In this document: positions 11,298-22,618 of the stretch, one piece after another | How the letters are laid out: each line of letters starts with the position of its first letter | Position numbering within the stretch: position 1 is the stretch's first letter | Assembly: GCA_002269645.1 (NCBI GenBank) | Contig: NIVC01001493.1 | Location: 1-64,000 of the forward strand | Length of the DNA stretch: 64,000 nt | From: Macrostomum lignano | Lineage: Eukaryota | Direction of reading: 5' to 3' | Translations under genes and position numbers: made by a program | The notes under the pieces: generated by a model | Told to the model about the DNA's origin: nothing | The model's input: only the letters and a program-made list of their open reading frames with translations | Databases searched by the model: none

Positions 11298-12992
11298 TCA
11301 GCGAACCAGCTGTGTTTCAATGCATCTGCTGTTGCTGCCTCCTGTGCCGCCGCCGCCGCCGCTTCTGCTGCTGCTACGGTTAGCTTTGGTCAAAGGAAAA
11401 TGCCAGAACAGCAGGCGAGCGAATAGTTCTAGAAATTCAAACGTACTAATGATTGATACTCCGAGCCAGAGGCCGAGAATGCCTCCAATGTCCGACGCCA
11501 GATTTCGGTCCGGATAGGCCCAGCTCTCGCGCATCACACTGCCCATTGTAGAATGGGTATAGATTGTCAGTTTGGCGAACGACTCTCTAAAGGCTGGCTC
11601 TCGGTGCTCGTCGGACATTCGACGCTGAATCTCCACCAAGGTGGTCAAATCGTCGCCCTGTTCAGCGGCAAGTGCGATTGTCCGCTCGACGGCTTCGGCC
11701 AGGGCCTGGCTGGTCTCGTTGCAGGCGCTCGGCCAACGGTTCTGCGTGAAGCGCATCTCGTAGCGCACGTTTTTGCAGCGCAGCGGGCAAACGTCCGGGG
11801 CTAGGCCAGACGTCTTCTTGTGAATCTCGCTGACTACGGAATCGTGACAGGCCCTCCGGTGCTCGGCGGCTTGGTTGCGCTCGATTGCCGCCTCGGCCTC
11901 GGTGGCCGCCTGCTGGTCGATGCTCTCCATGAGGCTCTCCCGGCTAATGCTGTGGCAGAACGGCACGCTCAGATTAGAATTCAGATTGGCTGGCAGCGGC
12001 AGAGCCTCCGAAACGCAGGAACAGTTAGTGCGCAAGTAGGTTTGGTAAGTGTTGACGAGGCAGTCCCTGATAGTGTACCTGTACTCAGTGATTCGGTTAT
12101 ACCTGTCGACAAACTTCACCGTTTGAAAGTTAGCATCAAGCGAGCAGTTTTTCAGCACGACCTCCTCCGTGTAGCCCAGCTGTACATAGGTGCTGGTGTC
12201 TCTCTGCACGTAGAAGCCTTCCAGTAGTTCGGGCCGAGTGCCCGGTTCGTGGATGACCGCGCGGAATCCTTCGGAGTAGCTAAGTGACTCCTCACCTGTA
12301 ATAAAATTCTTCACGTCGCCGACGTACATGATGACGTTTAGGCCGCCGTCTCGCTCGCCGCCGACAATGAGGTGCCGCTCGGTTGGCGCAAACGTGTAAC
12401 AGCTGAAATAGTTCGGGTCTACGTAGAGGCTGAAGTTTCTATACGAGCAGCTGTCTCCGGCAAAGTCGCAGTGCAGAATCATCTCCTGCCGTTGCTTAGT
12501 AATGTTCAACTCACGTAGGTAGGACTTTATCGAGTGCATCACGTCGGCGTTAATGCTGATATTTGTGTCGGCGTTCTCTCCCGGATCCCAGAAGGTGCGA
12601 ATATGATGCAGCAGCTCGTGAGTGCTAATGTTCAAACTAGGAACCGGCGGATTCTGCTGATAGCGCAATCGGCTGAAGTGACTCGTAGCGCAGATTGTCA
12701 CGTCGGGGAAGACAAATTTTGTACCGTAAACGCTGGTCTCCGTGTTGACTGGCCGCTCCAAGTAGCGACTGAACAAGGCGAACAAGTGAGCGGTGAAGCC
12801 GGCTCCGGCTGCTAGGATGATAAACAGCCAAGCCGCTCTGTGCAGCGCGCCTTCGCCGTTTTCCACAATCTTGTGAAAGCCGTGCGCTGAGGTGCTGTCG
12901 CAGAATTGTCTAATCAGCTTCCTTCTACCGCCGACAATGCTGTCGGGTGTGGTTCGGTTTTCTCGGCTTCGTCTGGCTTGGATTTCTGGCAT
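11298..12992 (-). CDS. DEG/ENaC-family sodium channel subunit, FaNaC-like, intronless (~564 aa from first ATG)
   Basis: N-terminal STSAHGFHKIV (HG motif), TM1, FPDVTIC, cysteine-rich extracellular domain, and SDIGGILGLWLGVSIISTFEF (TM2 with GxS filter). The ORF track starts at TTG 13058; the first in-frame ATG is at 12992. Confidence 0.93.
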   Translation of the reverse strand: MPEIQARRSRENRTTPDSIVGGRRKLIRQFCDSTSAHGFHKIVENGEGALHRAAWLFIILAAGAGFTAHLFALFSRYLERPVNTETSVYGTKFVFPDVTICATSHFSRLRYQQNPPVPSLNISTHELLHHIRTFWDPGENADTNISINADVMHSIKSYLRELNITKQRQEMILHCDFAGDSCSYRNFSLYVDPNYFSCYTFAPTERHLIVGGERDGGLNVIMYVGDVKNFITGEESLSYSEGFRAVIHEPGTRPELLEGFYVQRDTSTYVQLGYTEEVVLKNCSLDANFQTVKFVDRYNRITEYRYTIRDCLVNTYQTYLRTNCSCVSEALPLPANLNSNLSVPFCHSISRESLMESIDQQAATEAEAAIERNQAAEHRRACHDSVVSEIHKKTSGLAPDVCPLRCKNVRYEMRFTQNRWPSACNETSQALAEAVERTIALAAEQGDDLTTLVEIQRRMSDEHREPAFRESFAKLTIYTHSTMGSVMRESWAYPDRNLASDIGGILGLWLGVSIISTFEFLELFARLLFWHFPLTKANRSSSRSGGGGGTGGSNSRCIETQLVR

Positions 12993-13989
12993 TGCTTCTG
13001 CACTCCTGTAGCTGACTGTCGGCAGGGAAGAAGTCGCCTTTCCAAAATCAAAACTCAAATCGAACCAATTTATTAAGCTCCAGTAGATTAATGGCTAAAT
13101 CTATATAGCTATTCGTCCATTGGCTCTGACTTTGAGCACCAATAGCTGCGATTAGCATTTTTGATCCTTCGTTTATTCACATAGATTCAGTTCAGAAATA
13201 GCTACTCACGATTTAAATAGGACACTGAGGTTTCTTTCCTCTTTCCTTCTCTGTTAAAGCCTGATAAAGAGATGCTATATCCGCATGCTCAGGGTGGGTG
13301 GCTTTACTGTGCCCAGATGTAGTCTATTGGATGCAATGGACTGTTATTACTCATAACTGGTCTTTAAACTCTTTGGCATGTTTTGGAAAGTAGATAAAAC
13401 ATACAAAAACATACAAAGTATAAAGAGTAACAAGACAATTGTTTAAAATGGTCTTGATAGCTATAGCTATAATGCACAGGCTATTTCTCAAAAACATTAA
13501 TCCTTCATTTCTTCCACATTTGTTAAAAAAGTGTTTTGTGTTATCTTGTCAAGGAACTAAAGCGAAGCAACGTACTGGGGCCGTTTAATATTTTTACGGA
13601 GTATTTTAGTGTCAGTACCAGCGTGTGGATGCCTCAGCAGTATCCTGCAGCGCAGTGTCTGTCTGTCGGCAAAGTTAAAGCAAATACAGCTCTTGTATAG
13701 CTTGACGCTATAAAGTTTATCAGCTGCAGACATCCGATTCTCAATAATTGATTCTCCAAACTCATACTCAAAGCTAGTTTATAGTGCTATATGGCTGATA
13801 TAGAATATAAGCTATCGTAATTCAATTATCCAATGCAGGTGCCACAGTGCTTTCAAGGCAATTTTTCCGTTGCTATGAGGGAGCTATAGCTACTGTGAAG
13901 CTCAGATATTAGTATTTCTGCAAATATTTTATACCCTTCGGTTAAAACCTATTGGAATAAATTAAATTATCAGTTTAAGCACGAGTCAA

Positions 13990-15822
13990 TGAACGCTTTA
14001 TTGAAGGGTATGCAATGGGTGCTGAATCGGATGCAATGGATGCTGAATCGGATGCAATGTGTGCTGAATCGGATGCAATGTGTGCTGAATCGGATTCAAT
14101 GTGTGCTGAATCGGATGCAATGGGTGCTGAATCGGATGCAATGTGTGCTGAATCGGATGCAATGGATGCTGAATCGGATGCAATGTGTGCTGAATCGGAT
14201 GCAATGTGGGATGCAATGTGTGCTGAATCGGATTCAATGTGTGCTGAATCGGATGCAATGGGTGCTGAATCGGATGCAATGTGTGCTGAATCGGATTCAA
14301 TGTGTGCTGAATCGGATGCAATGGGTGCTGAATCGGATGCAATGTGGGATGCAATGTGTGCTGAATCGGATGCAATGGGTGCTGAATCGGATGCAATGTG
14401 TGCTGAATCGGATGCAATGTGTGCTGAATCGGATGCAATGTGTGCTGAATCGGATGCAATGTGGGATGCAATGTGTGCTGAATCGGATGCAATGTGTGCT
14501 GAATCGGATGCGATGTGTGCTGAATCGGATGCAATGTGTGCTGAATCGGATGCAATGTGTGCTGAATCGGATGCAATGTGTGCTGAATCGGATGCAATGT
14601 GTGCTGAATCGGATGCAATGTGTGCTGAATCGGATGCAATGTGTGCTGAATCGGATGCAATGTGTGCTGAATCGGATGCAATGTGTGCTGAATCGGATGC
14701 AATGTGTGCTGAATCGGATGCAATGTGTGCTGAATCGGATGCAATGTGTGCTGAATCGGATGCAATGTGTGCTGAATCGGATGCAATGGATGCTGAATCG
14801 GATGCAATGGGTGCTGAATCGGATGCAATGGATGCTGAATCGGATGCAATGGGTGCTGAATCGGATGCAATGGGTGCTGAATCGGATGCAATGGGTGCTG
14901 AATCGGATGCAATGGGTGCTGAATCGGATGCAATGGGTGCTGAATCGGATGCAATGGGTGCTGAATCGGATGCAATGGATGCTGAATCAGATGCAATGTG
15001 TGCTGAATCGGATGCAATGTGTGCTGAATCAGATGCAATGTGTGCTGAATCAGATGCAATGAGTGCTGAATCGGATGCAATGTGTGCTGAATCAGATGCA
15101 ATGGGTGCTGAATCGGATGCAATGAGTGCTGAATCAGATGCAATGGGTGCTGAATCGGATGCAATGTGTGCTGAATCAGATGCAATGAGTGCTGAATCGG
15201 ATGCAATGGGTGCTGAATCGGATGCAATGGGTGCTGAATCGGATGCAATGGGTGCTGAATCGGATGCAATGGGTGCTGAATCGGATGCAATGTGTGCTGA
15301 ATCGGATGCAATGGATGCTGAATCAGATGCAATGTGTGCTGAATCGGATGCAATGTGTGCTGAATCAGATGCAATGTGTGCTGAATCAGATGCAATGAGT
15401 GCTGAATCGGATGCAATGTGTGCTGAATCAGATGCAATGGGTGCTGAATCGGATGCAATGAGTGCTGAATCAGATGCAATGGGTGCTGAATCGGATGCAA
15501 TGTGTGCTGAATCAGATGCAATGAGTGCTGAATCGGATGCAATGTGTGCTGAATCAGATGCAATGTGTGCTGAATCAGATGCAATGAGTGCTGAATCGGA
15601 TGCAATGTGTGCTGAATCAGATGCAATGAGTGCTGAATCGGATGCAATGGGTGCTGAATCAGATGCAATGAGTGCTGAATCAGATGCAATGTATGCTGAA
15701 TCAGATGCAATGGGTGCTGAATCGGATGCAATGTGTGCTGAATCGGATGCAATGGGTGCTGAATCAGATGCAATGAGTGCTGAATCGGATGCAATGGGTG
15801 CTGAATCAGATGCAATGGGTGC
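13990..15822. repeat. 21-bp minisatellite (ATGTGTGCTGAATCGGATGCA), ~87 copies
   Basis: Tandem array; produces stop-free repetitive ORFs in several frames. Confidence 0.97.
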
Positions 15823-16171
15823 AAATCCTTAATTATGTATGGTTTTCAAGCAAAAAGCATGCGTTTAACGCGATCTGCCGATAAAAAATTTCGACTCACT
15901 TTTACAGCACCATGCAGTGGCCGTGCAATTCCTCCCTGCTCGCTTAGCCAGAATTCTGCCCAATCACCCCTTCATGCTTCGCGTACATTTATGGCTGTAC
16001 AGATGAACGAATTCAGAATTCTCTTGGGTTTCATTTTAAAATTGAGCAATTGCTCTCGCGCTGCGCGGTTGCAATCACGGTTGCAATCAAATTAATTGGC
16101 TAAAGGAGATTTGCTCAAGCTTCCCAGCAGATTTACAGAATTCAGTCCTACTTACATGTAGTAGTAGCTAT

Positions 16172-17333
16172 CAGGGGCGTCGCTATTGGGGGGGGGGGGC
16201 AGGGGGGACATGTCCCTCCCAGTAAAAGCTATGGGGGACATGCCAATGCTTTGTCTCCCCACCCTTATGACCCGTTATGGAAATCAATAATTTTGCTTCA
16301 GGGCGACAAAATATAGCGCTTCGGCGTCAAAATGAGTGCCTGCGGCGCCAAAATGAGTGCCTGCGGCGCCAAAATGAATGCCTGCGGCGCTAAAATAACT
16401 GCCTTCCTGCGGCGCCAAAATGAGTGCCTGCGGCGCCAAAATGAGTGCCTTCCTACGGCGCCAAAATGAGTGCCTTCCTACGGCGCCAAAATGAGTGCCT
16501 GCGGCGCCAAAATGAGTGCCTGCGGCGCCAAAATGAGTGCCTGCGGTGCCAAAATGAATGCCTGCGGCGCTAAAATAACTGCCTTTCTGCGGCGCCAAAA
16601 TGAGTGCCTGCGGCGCCAAAATGAGTGCCTTCCTACGGCGCCAAAATGAGTGCCTGTGGCGCCAAAATGAGTGCCTGCGGCGCCAAAATGAGTGCCTTCC
16701 TACGGCGCCAAAATGAGTGCCTGTGGCGCCAAAATGAGTGCCTGCGGCGCCAAAATGAATGCCTGCGGCGCCAAAATGAGTGCCTGCGGCGCCAAAATGA
16801 GTGCCTGCGGTGCCAAAATGAATGCCTGCGGCGCTAAAATAACTGCCTTTCTGCGGCGCCAAAATGAGTGCCTGCGGCGCCAAAATGAGTGCCTTCCTAC
16901 GGCGCCAAAATGAGTGCCTGTGGCGCCAAAATGAGTGCCTGCGGCGCCAAAATGAGTGCCTTCCTACGGCGCCAAAATGAGTGCCTGTGGCGCCAAAATG
17001 AGTGCCTGCGGCGCCAAAATGAATGCCTGCGGCGCCAAAATGAATGCCTGCGGCGCCAAAATGAGTGCCTGTGGCGCCAAAATGAGTGCCTGCGGCGCCA
17101 AAATGAATGCCTGCGGCGCTAAAATAAGTGCCTTCCTGCGGCGCCAAAATGAGTGCCTTCCTGCGGCGCCAAAATGAGTGCCTGCGGCGCCAAAATGAGT
17201 GCCTGCGGTGCTAAAATGAGCGCTGACAACACCGATTCTGTAAGTAATGTACATGTAGAATTTAGTCATGTACATGCACATGTAGAATTATTAGCTTTGT
17301 CGCCCCACTATAAAATCCATGGCGACGCACCTG
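16172..17333. mobile_element. Non-autonomous DNA transposon (TIR CAGG[G/T]GCGTCGC) carrying an internal 21-bp minisatellite (TGCCTGCGGCGCCAAAATGAG, 16320-17215)
   Basis: Left end CAGGGGCGTCGC at 16172, right end GCGACGCACCTG ending at 17333. Subterminal inverted GGGCGACAAA/TTTGTCGCCC. CTAT flanks both ends. Confidence 0.7.
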
Positions 17334-18360
17334 CTATAGCATGCACTGGTTCAAAATCAAGCCTGCTATGTGCTCTTACAGTAAAGTGCGCTTACTGCGT
17401 AATACATGAGATCCTGATCTTGATATCGACATGTACCATGAAAATCACATGGCTCTAAATTTGTGACGAGTCTATTATTGGGAGAACTTTCTTTCAATGC
17501 TTGATTATGCAAATTATTTGTAGAAGAGATATATACATTATGATTGGTTAGATTTTAGCCGCTGAGATTTCACTATTTTTTGCCATGATTAGCTTTTTGC
17601 TACTATAGGGGCAATTGCTATAAAATGTATGCCAACGCAATTTAGTACGCGGCGCGGCTGCAGATCCTCGCCGGACGCTAGGAACCCATGCCGATCGGTA
17701 GACGAACTGCACTAGCTGACATCACGAAATTTCCTCGCATGTCTGTAAGCGCCTGCAGACAGCTATTAAAGATCGCGCTGTTTCGATGTCATCCAGAGCA
17801 CGACGAAAACTCGCTCGAGGCTACCGCAACCAGGCCAGGTCAAGGACTCCGATAGGCTGTCCATCATGAAAAAATTATTTAACAGGTTTTACCGATCGAA
17901 AATTAATGCTACTAAATTTATATTTTAATTTAATTCATGTACCAAAGGTCAGTTTTGTACAAAATGCATTGAACATAGACAACACCGTAAGTGTGGAAAG
18001 CTATGATTCATTTCTTCTTAGCAACGACATAAAGCAAGCAGTTTGAAACAAAAAAATACATTGACTTGAGTCGATAACTACATGTACAAGAGCCACAGAA
18101 AAGTGTTTAAAGTACATGTACATTAGCATATAATGCGTTTGTTTTCGAATACGTGCTGATTCGCTCATTTCTGCCCTCAACAGCCTAACTGTATTAGTAT
18201 TGTAGCCAATCTAAGCCTGCCATTCTATGGTCCAATTCCATTTGAAGTAAGCTATTGGCTTCATTTCTCGCCCGCTTCTTCTTCACTTGTCTATGGCCTA
18301 AGCACTCGAGACCTGTCATATTAAGTCATGTTGAAGTCATGTTAGAAAGAAAAATCCATC

Positions 18361-19924
18361 GTGTTTTTATTCCTTTACTGTTTGTCGAATATGCTGCGTT
18401 ATTCTTCAATACGCGAAGACGAAATTAGTGGATTGAGCTCAGATGAGCTCGATTTCATCACGCATCTCGATCTTCGGGACCATGTAGACAGAATCGGTCA
18501 ATGGGCAGGGCTGACGGATGAGCAAGAGAGGCTAATTGATGAGGAACTACGCAATCCTACGCCGGAAGATCAGGTTGGAAACCTGTTTCGTGAATTGACC
18601 GAAGAAAAAGAAGCTGGCCTACATGTGGAGCAAGAAAGTAAACGGAAGTCGACGGTTAAGCAAACTGAATTGCATATTCGCAAACTAAAAGAGTTTCTAC
18701 GCGCGGAGAATTTACCTGATCACATCGAGAATATGCCAGTGGGGTATCTCAACTCCTATCTACGCCTGTTCTTCGTTCAGTTAAAAACAGCTGATGGAAA
18801 GCCATATGCTGTAAGTACACTGACATGCTTTCGCGCCTGTGCACCGGTATTTATTAGAGAAGCGAAATCTGAAGCTGATTGGCAACGATGCGTTCTTATC
18901 GTTTGATCGAACGTACAAGGCTATGTTGGTCAAATCGCTTCAGCAAAAAAAGGCTGCAGGGCTGTCCCGGAGGGGACACAGCGGGAAGGCGCGGGCGCCC
19001 ATTCCGCTAAACAAAAAAAAGGCTGTAGGCAGCGGTCCAAAGTACTGTCCAATTGACGACGAAGATTTCAACCGCCTACGCCTCTATTTCGATCGTTCGA
19101 CGCCAACTCGACTGCAATTTGAAGTTCTGTTCAAGATTGTTTATGGCTTTGGTTTTTGCGGCAGGGAGTGGCTGCGAGAGTTGACTAAAGCCGATGTGAA
19201 AATTTACGAGCATGACGGTGTTCGCTATGTGGACCTGCTGAAGACATCTATCGAAAAAACTGTGTCTGATAGTAATCCGTCGACATCTAAGAGCTTTATC
19301 TTAGCCGAGACACCGGATTATCCAGGCTCATGTCCTGTACGGGCGATTGAGTTGTATCTGTGGGTCATTCCAGAAGATGTTGCCTGTCTCTGGCCCAAGC
19401 CTTTGAATCAAGCCGACAAAGACGGTATGTGGTACCACAAGACCCTGGTGCTTGGTAAGAATTGGTAAGATCAGGCTGGTCTCAGTTGCCGTTCCCACAC
19501 AAATCATTGCATTCGAGCGTTGGTAGTGTCAAACCTTATCGAAGATGAAGTCACTAGATCAGACATTCAAGTCGTAACCGGCCACAAAAGAATCGAGAGT
19601 GTGGACCTCTACAACAAGAGAATGAAGTTCTCGAAGAAGGTTGATCTATATCCAACACTTAGTCGTCGACTGGCTCGACTGGCTGTTCCAGGCCGGTCTG
19701 AAACAAGCTTTACCGCATCGAACAGGTCGGTTGTATCGACTGGAGACGTAATCGAGAGATCGGCTACCGACTGCTCGACTAGCTCTGTTGTGCCGACTAC
19801 GAACTCATTCACGAGATCAGCTACCAACTACTCTATTGCAGTCGGCAGTTCACAGAGTGCAAGCTCACTGTTTGGAAATTGCAAGTTTGAAAATTGTACG
19901 GTTAACTTTAATCAATCAAACTAA
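18361..19924 (+). mobile_element. Defective Crypton-type tyrosine recombinase (DUF3504/KCTD1-ZMYM-like) transposon
   Basis: Three ORF pieces join into one protein: ...LRLFFVQLKTADGKPYAVSTL..., FGFCGREWLREL (catalytic R region), CPVRAIELYL, HTNHCIRA (HxxR), VTGHKRIESVDLY (H...Y) and C-terminal FGNCKFENCTVNF. Frameshift near 18840, in-frame TAA at 19466-19468, and an apparent deletion between GKN and AGLS. Confidence 0.85.
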
Positions 19925-20089
19925 GGTCAGGAGGTATACCGCGTGAGAAATCTAAAGACTGTCAATGGACTATATATCTAATGTTTATCTCATGTTAATG
20001 TTAAATATCTCATGTTAATATAGCTCAAAATATACACATAGTTTCTTTGTGAACACTTGGGGCCATAGACAACTTTTGCTGGCGGGCAG

Positions 20090-20412
20090 ACATGGAGGAA
20101 AGAATACGCTCGTAGAATGGAGTGCTAATCTGAGCCAGTTATTTTTATCTCGCTCGATTCTCGCTTTTAACATCCCTTCCCCCCGTTCCTTCCTATTGGC
20201 TGAAAGCATGTTTTGATGCGAGCTCGTACTATGCTGGGACATATACCTTTCAGAGGGGAACGAAAACGAAAACGAGACAAAAAATATACTTTGTCTATGG
20301 CAGTCACGAGCTAATAGGAAAGAACGGGGGGGAAGGGATGTTAAAAGTTAAGATCGAGCGAGATAAAAATAACTGGCTCGGATTAGCACTCCATTCTATT
20401 CTTTCCTCCATG
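20090..20412. repeat. Long imperfect palindrome/hairpin (arms ~20090-20200 and ~20308-20412), MITE-like
   Basis: TAGAATGGAGTGCTAATCTGAGCCAGTTATTTTTATCTCGCTCGAT...TTTTAACATCCCTTCCCCCCGTTC is reverse-complementary to GAACGGGGGGAAGGGATGTTAAAA...ATCGAGCGAGATAAAAATAACTGGCTCGGATTAGCACTCCATTCTA. Confidence 0.85.
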
Positions 20413-21531
20413 GGCAGACGTCGTTGCTTTCACCCTCGTTTCGGCAGGCTTAGGACTGCTACAATATACCAATATTGATGGGCTGCAGAGGGCAGAAACG
20501 AGTTATAACGCCGAGGCGCGTAGCGCGGCGCGTAGCGCCGAGGAGTGTTAGCTCGTTTCTGCCCGATGCGGCCCATCCATATTAGTGTTATGGTTAGCGG
20601 GCGTGAAACCGCGTTTCACGGGCCGCTGAGACTGTCTATGGTAAAATGTCATTTACTCCAATGCATTCAGTCGGTTTCACGGCTCGCTGAAAATGTCAGA
20701 AGAAAGCGGGGTCAAGGGGGCGCTGAGCCCCCTTACGGGGGTGTGGGGGCGGAGCGGAGTCCGAGCAGAGTCCGATTTTACTTAAAAAATACATGAAAAT
20801 ATAGCGTAGCTAGCCTAGTCCGAAATTTCCTCATATTTGGCATTGGAGCATTCCTTCGTGAGTAAGCGGATCACTGGAATATAGACAGATTTCAGTGATT
20901 CGGCTATATATTTTACTTCTATAAATTTTGCAGTTTCATAATTTGTATTCCTGTTTTTGAAAGATAGTTGTTTATTAAATTTGCGTTATAGTGTTACTTG
21001 TGCTTGTATATGCGTGAATATTATAATATTATATTTTCTAAGAAGCTAAGCTTAACAAGCAACTAGGCGTGCCGCGTGCGTCGCGTGTCGTTCATAACTT
21101 TTCATTAATCACATCACGTGCATAATTTATTCCACTTTTAACTGGCATGGCATGCTGCATCCGTTTTGCCTCGTCCTACAGGGTCATTAGGCCCAATATC
21201 AATTAAATTCCAACTTGATAGCTGTTTAATAAGTATGGTTACGGTTAGCTATAATTAAAATACTAAAAGTAAAACTTAAGTTAAAATAAGTTGTCAAATA
21301 TAAAATGAATACGACGTATCTGACTTAATACTTAACTTAACCTGGCCTCCTAATTTATAGGCCTTGTACATGTATATGTTAAATACTTTTTTCTTGCACC
21401 TTCACTACAATTAATGCTACTAAACACTAGGCCTAGCAGCCTAGGCCTACATATACAGTAGGAGCTTCAAATAGTATAGGTAGTTAATATAGTTATAGCA
21501 AGTCTAATCTATATTTAAAATTTCTAACTAT

Positions 21532-22618
21532 ATCGCTTTTGACACTCTAGATAAGACTTTAGACATTCAAAATAAGACTGCATAAGATCGCAAGCAAGGC
21601 CAGGCTAGCCACGGCCAGAGCAAGCCCAGTCTTGGCTGCAGGGATGGCTTGGCCATAGACTAAAAATGGTATATCAAAATGAGAATAAGACGCTCAATAT
21701 GAGACCGGGAGTGAACATAATTTATTTGCTTTTTGGCAGTCACCATACAAACAGCTAAGGAAAAATTAGGCAATAAACAAGAAGCAGAATAGCATATTGA
21801 AATGTTAGCAAAGTCTTACTTTGCTGCGTTAAATTATTTTGACGATAAAAAGTTAAAATCACGCTAATTAGAGTTACAGTTACACTGGAGTAGAGTTAGG
21901 AGAGTAGTTAGAAGGACGTAGGCCCATGTCAGCAATTAATAGTAGTGAGCAACCCAGTACATGAAGTTGCCAAACGTCTTCTCCAGGAAGAGGCGGCGCC
22001 AGAGGAACTCATTCAGGTGAGTCTCGAACAGTGCATCACTCGTGCCATGCATCCTTCAGAATTTGTCCTTGACATGTGCCTACAATCCCTCAATGGTGTT
22101 GGTGTGCACGGTGGGGTCGTTAGGGTCGACAAAGTGCAGACGGTGGTTCACCGACATGTGATTCTGTAGCCCGGCCATAGTAGTCACCAGTTCGGCTGAA
22201 ATAAAAAAAAGAGGTCAAAATAATTTAACGCAGCAAAGTAGGACTTTGCCGAAATGTTTAGTCCATCAGCTAGGATGGTTGATCCATTGTTTACTGCGTC
22301 AATCAGACACTGACGGTCTGCTGCAGGAATCGATGGTGCCATCACAGTGAAATCCAAGGGGTCAGATGCAACCCAAGGGGTGAAGAATGAGAGCTGGCTG
22401 AGGGTCAGGGTTAGAGCGATATCTGAAGGCTTTCACACTCAGTCTCCTATTGAGCTTCTTATTCTCATTTTGACATTCCATTTTTTAGTCTATGGCCAAG
22501 CCATTCCTGCAGCCAAGACTGGGCATGCTCTGGCCATGGCTAGCCTGGCCTTGCTTGCGATTCTATGCAGTCTTATTTTGAATGTCTAAAGTTTTATCTA
22601 GAGCGTCAAAAGTGATAA
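21532..22618 (-). mobile_element. Non-autonomous element with ~190-bp inverted arms (plus an inner ~45-bp IR pair) enclosing a Merlin/IS1595-type transposase C-terminal remnant (21936-22195)
   Basis: Arms at 21532-21720 and 22430-22618. The minus-strand translation HMSVNHRLHFVDPNDPTVHTNTIEGL*AHVKDKF*RMHG...HLNEFLWRR matches the Merlin/IS1595 HxxVNH..FVDP..HTNTIEGxW..K..YLxEFxWR motif, with two premature stops. Confidence 0.8.

Noticed and set aside
13989-15832. 605-aa (MCAESDA)n, 608-aa and 357-aa ORFs
   Set aside because: Translations of a 21-bp minisatellite that lacks stops in several frames; no unique domain or splice context.
22215-22340. Minus-strand MAPSIPAADRQCLIDAVNNG..., superficially like the Tc1 HTH ORFs
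   Set aside because: Overlaps an inverted-repeat arm, has only a few identities, and is probably coincidental.
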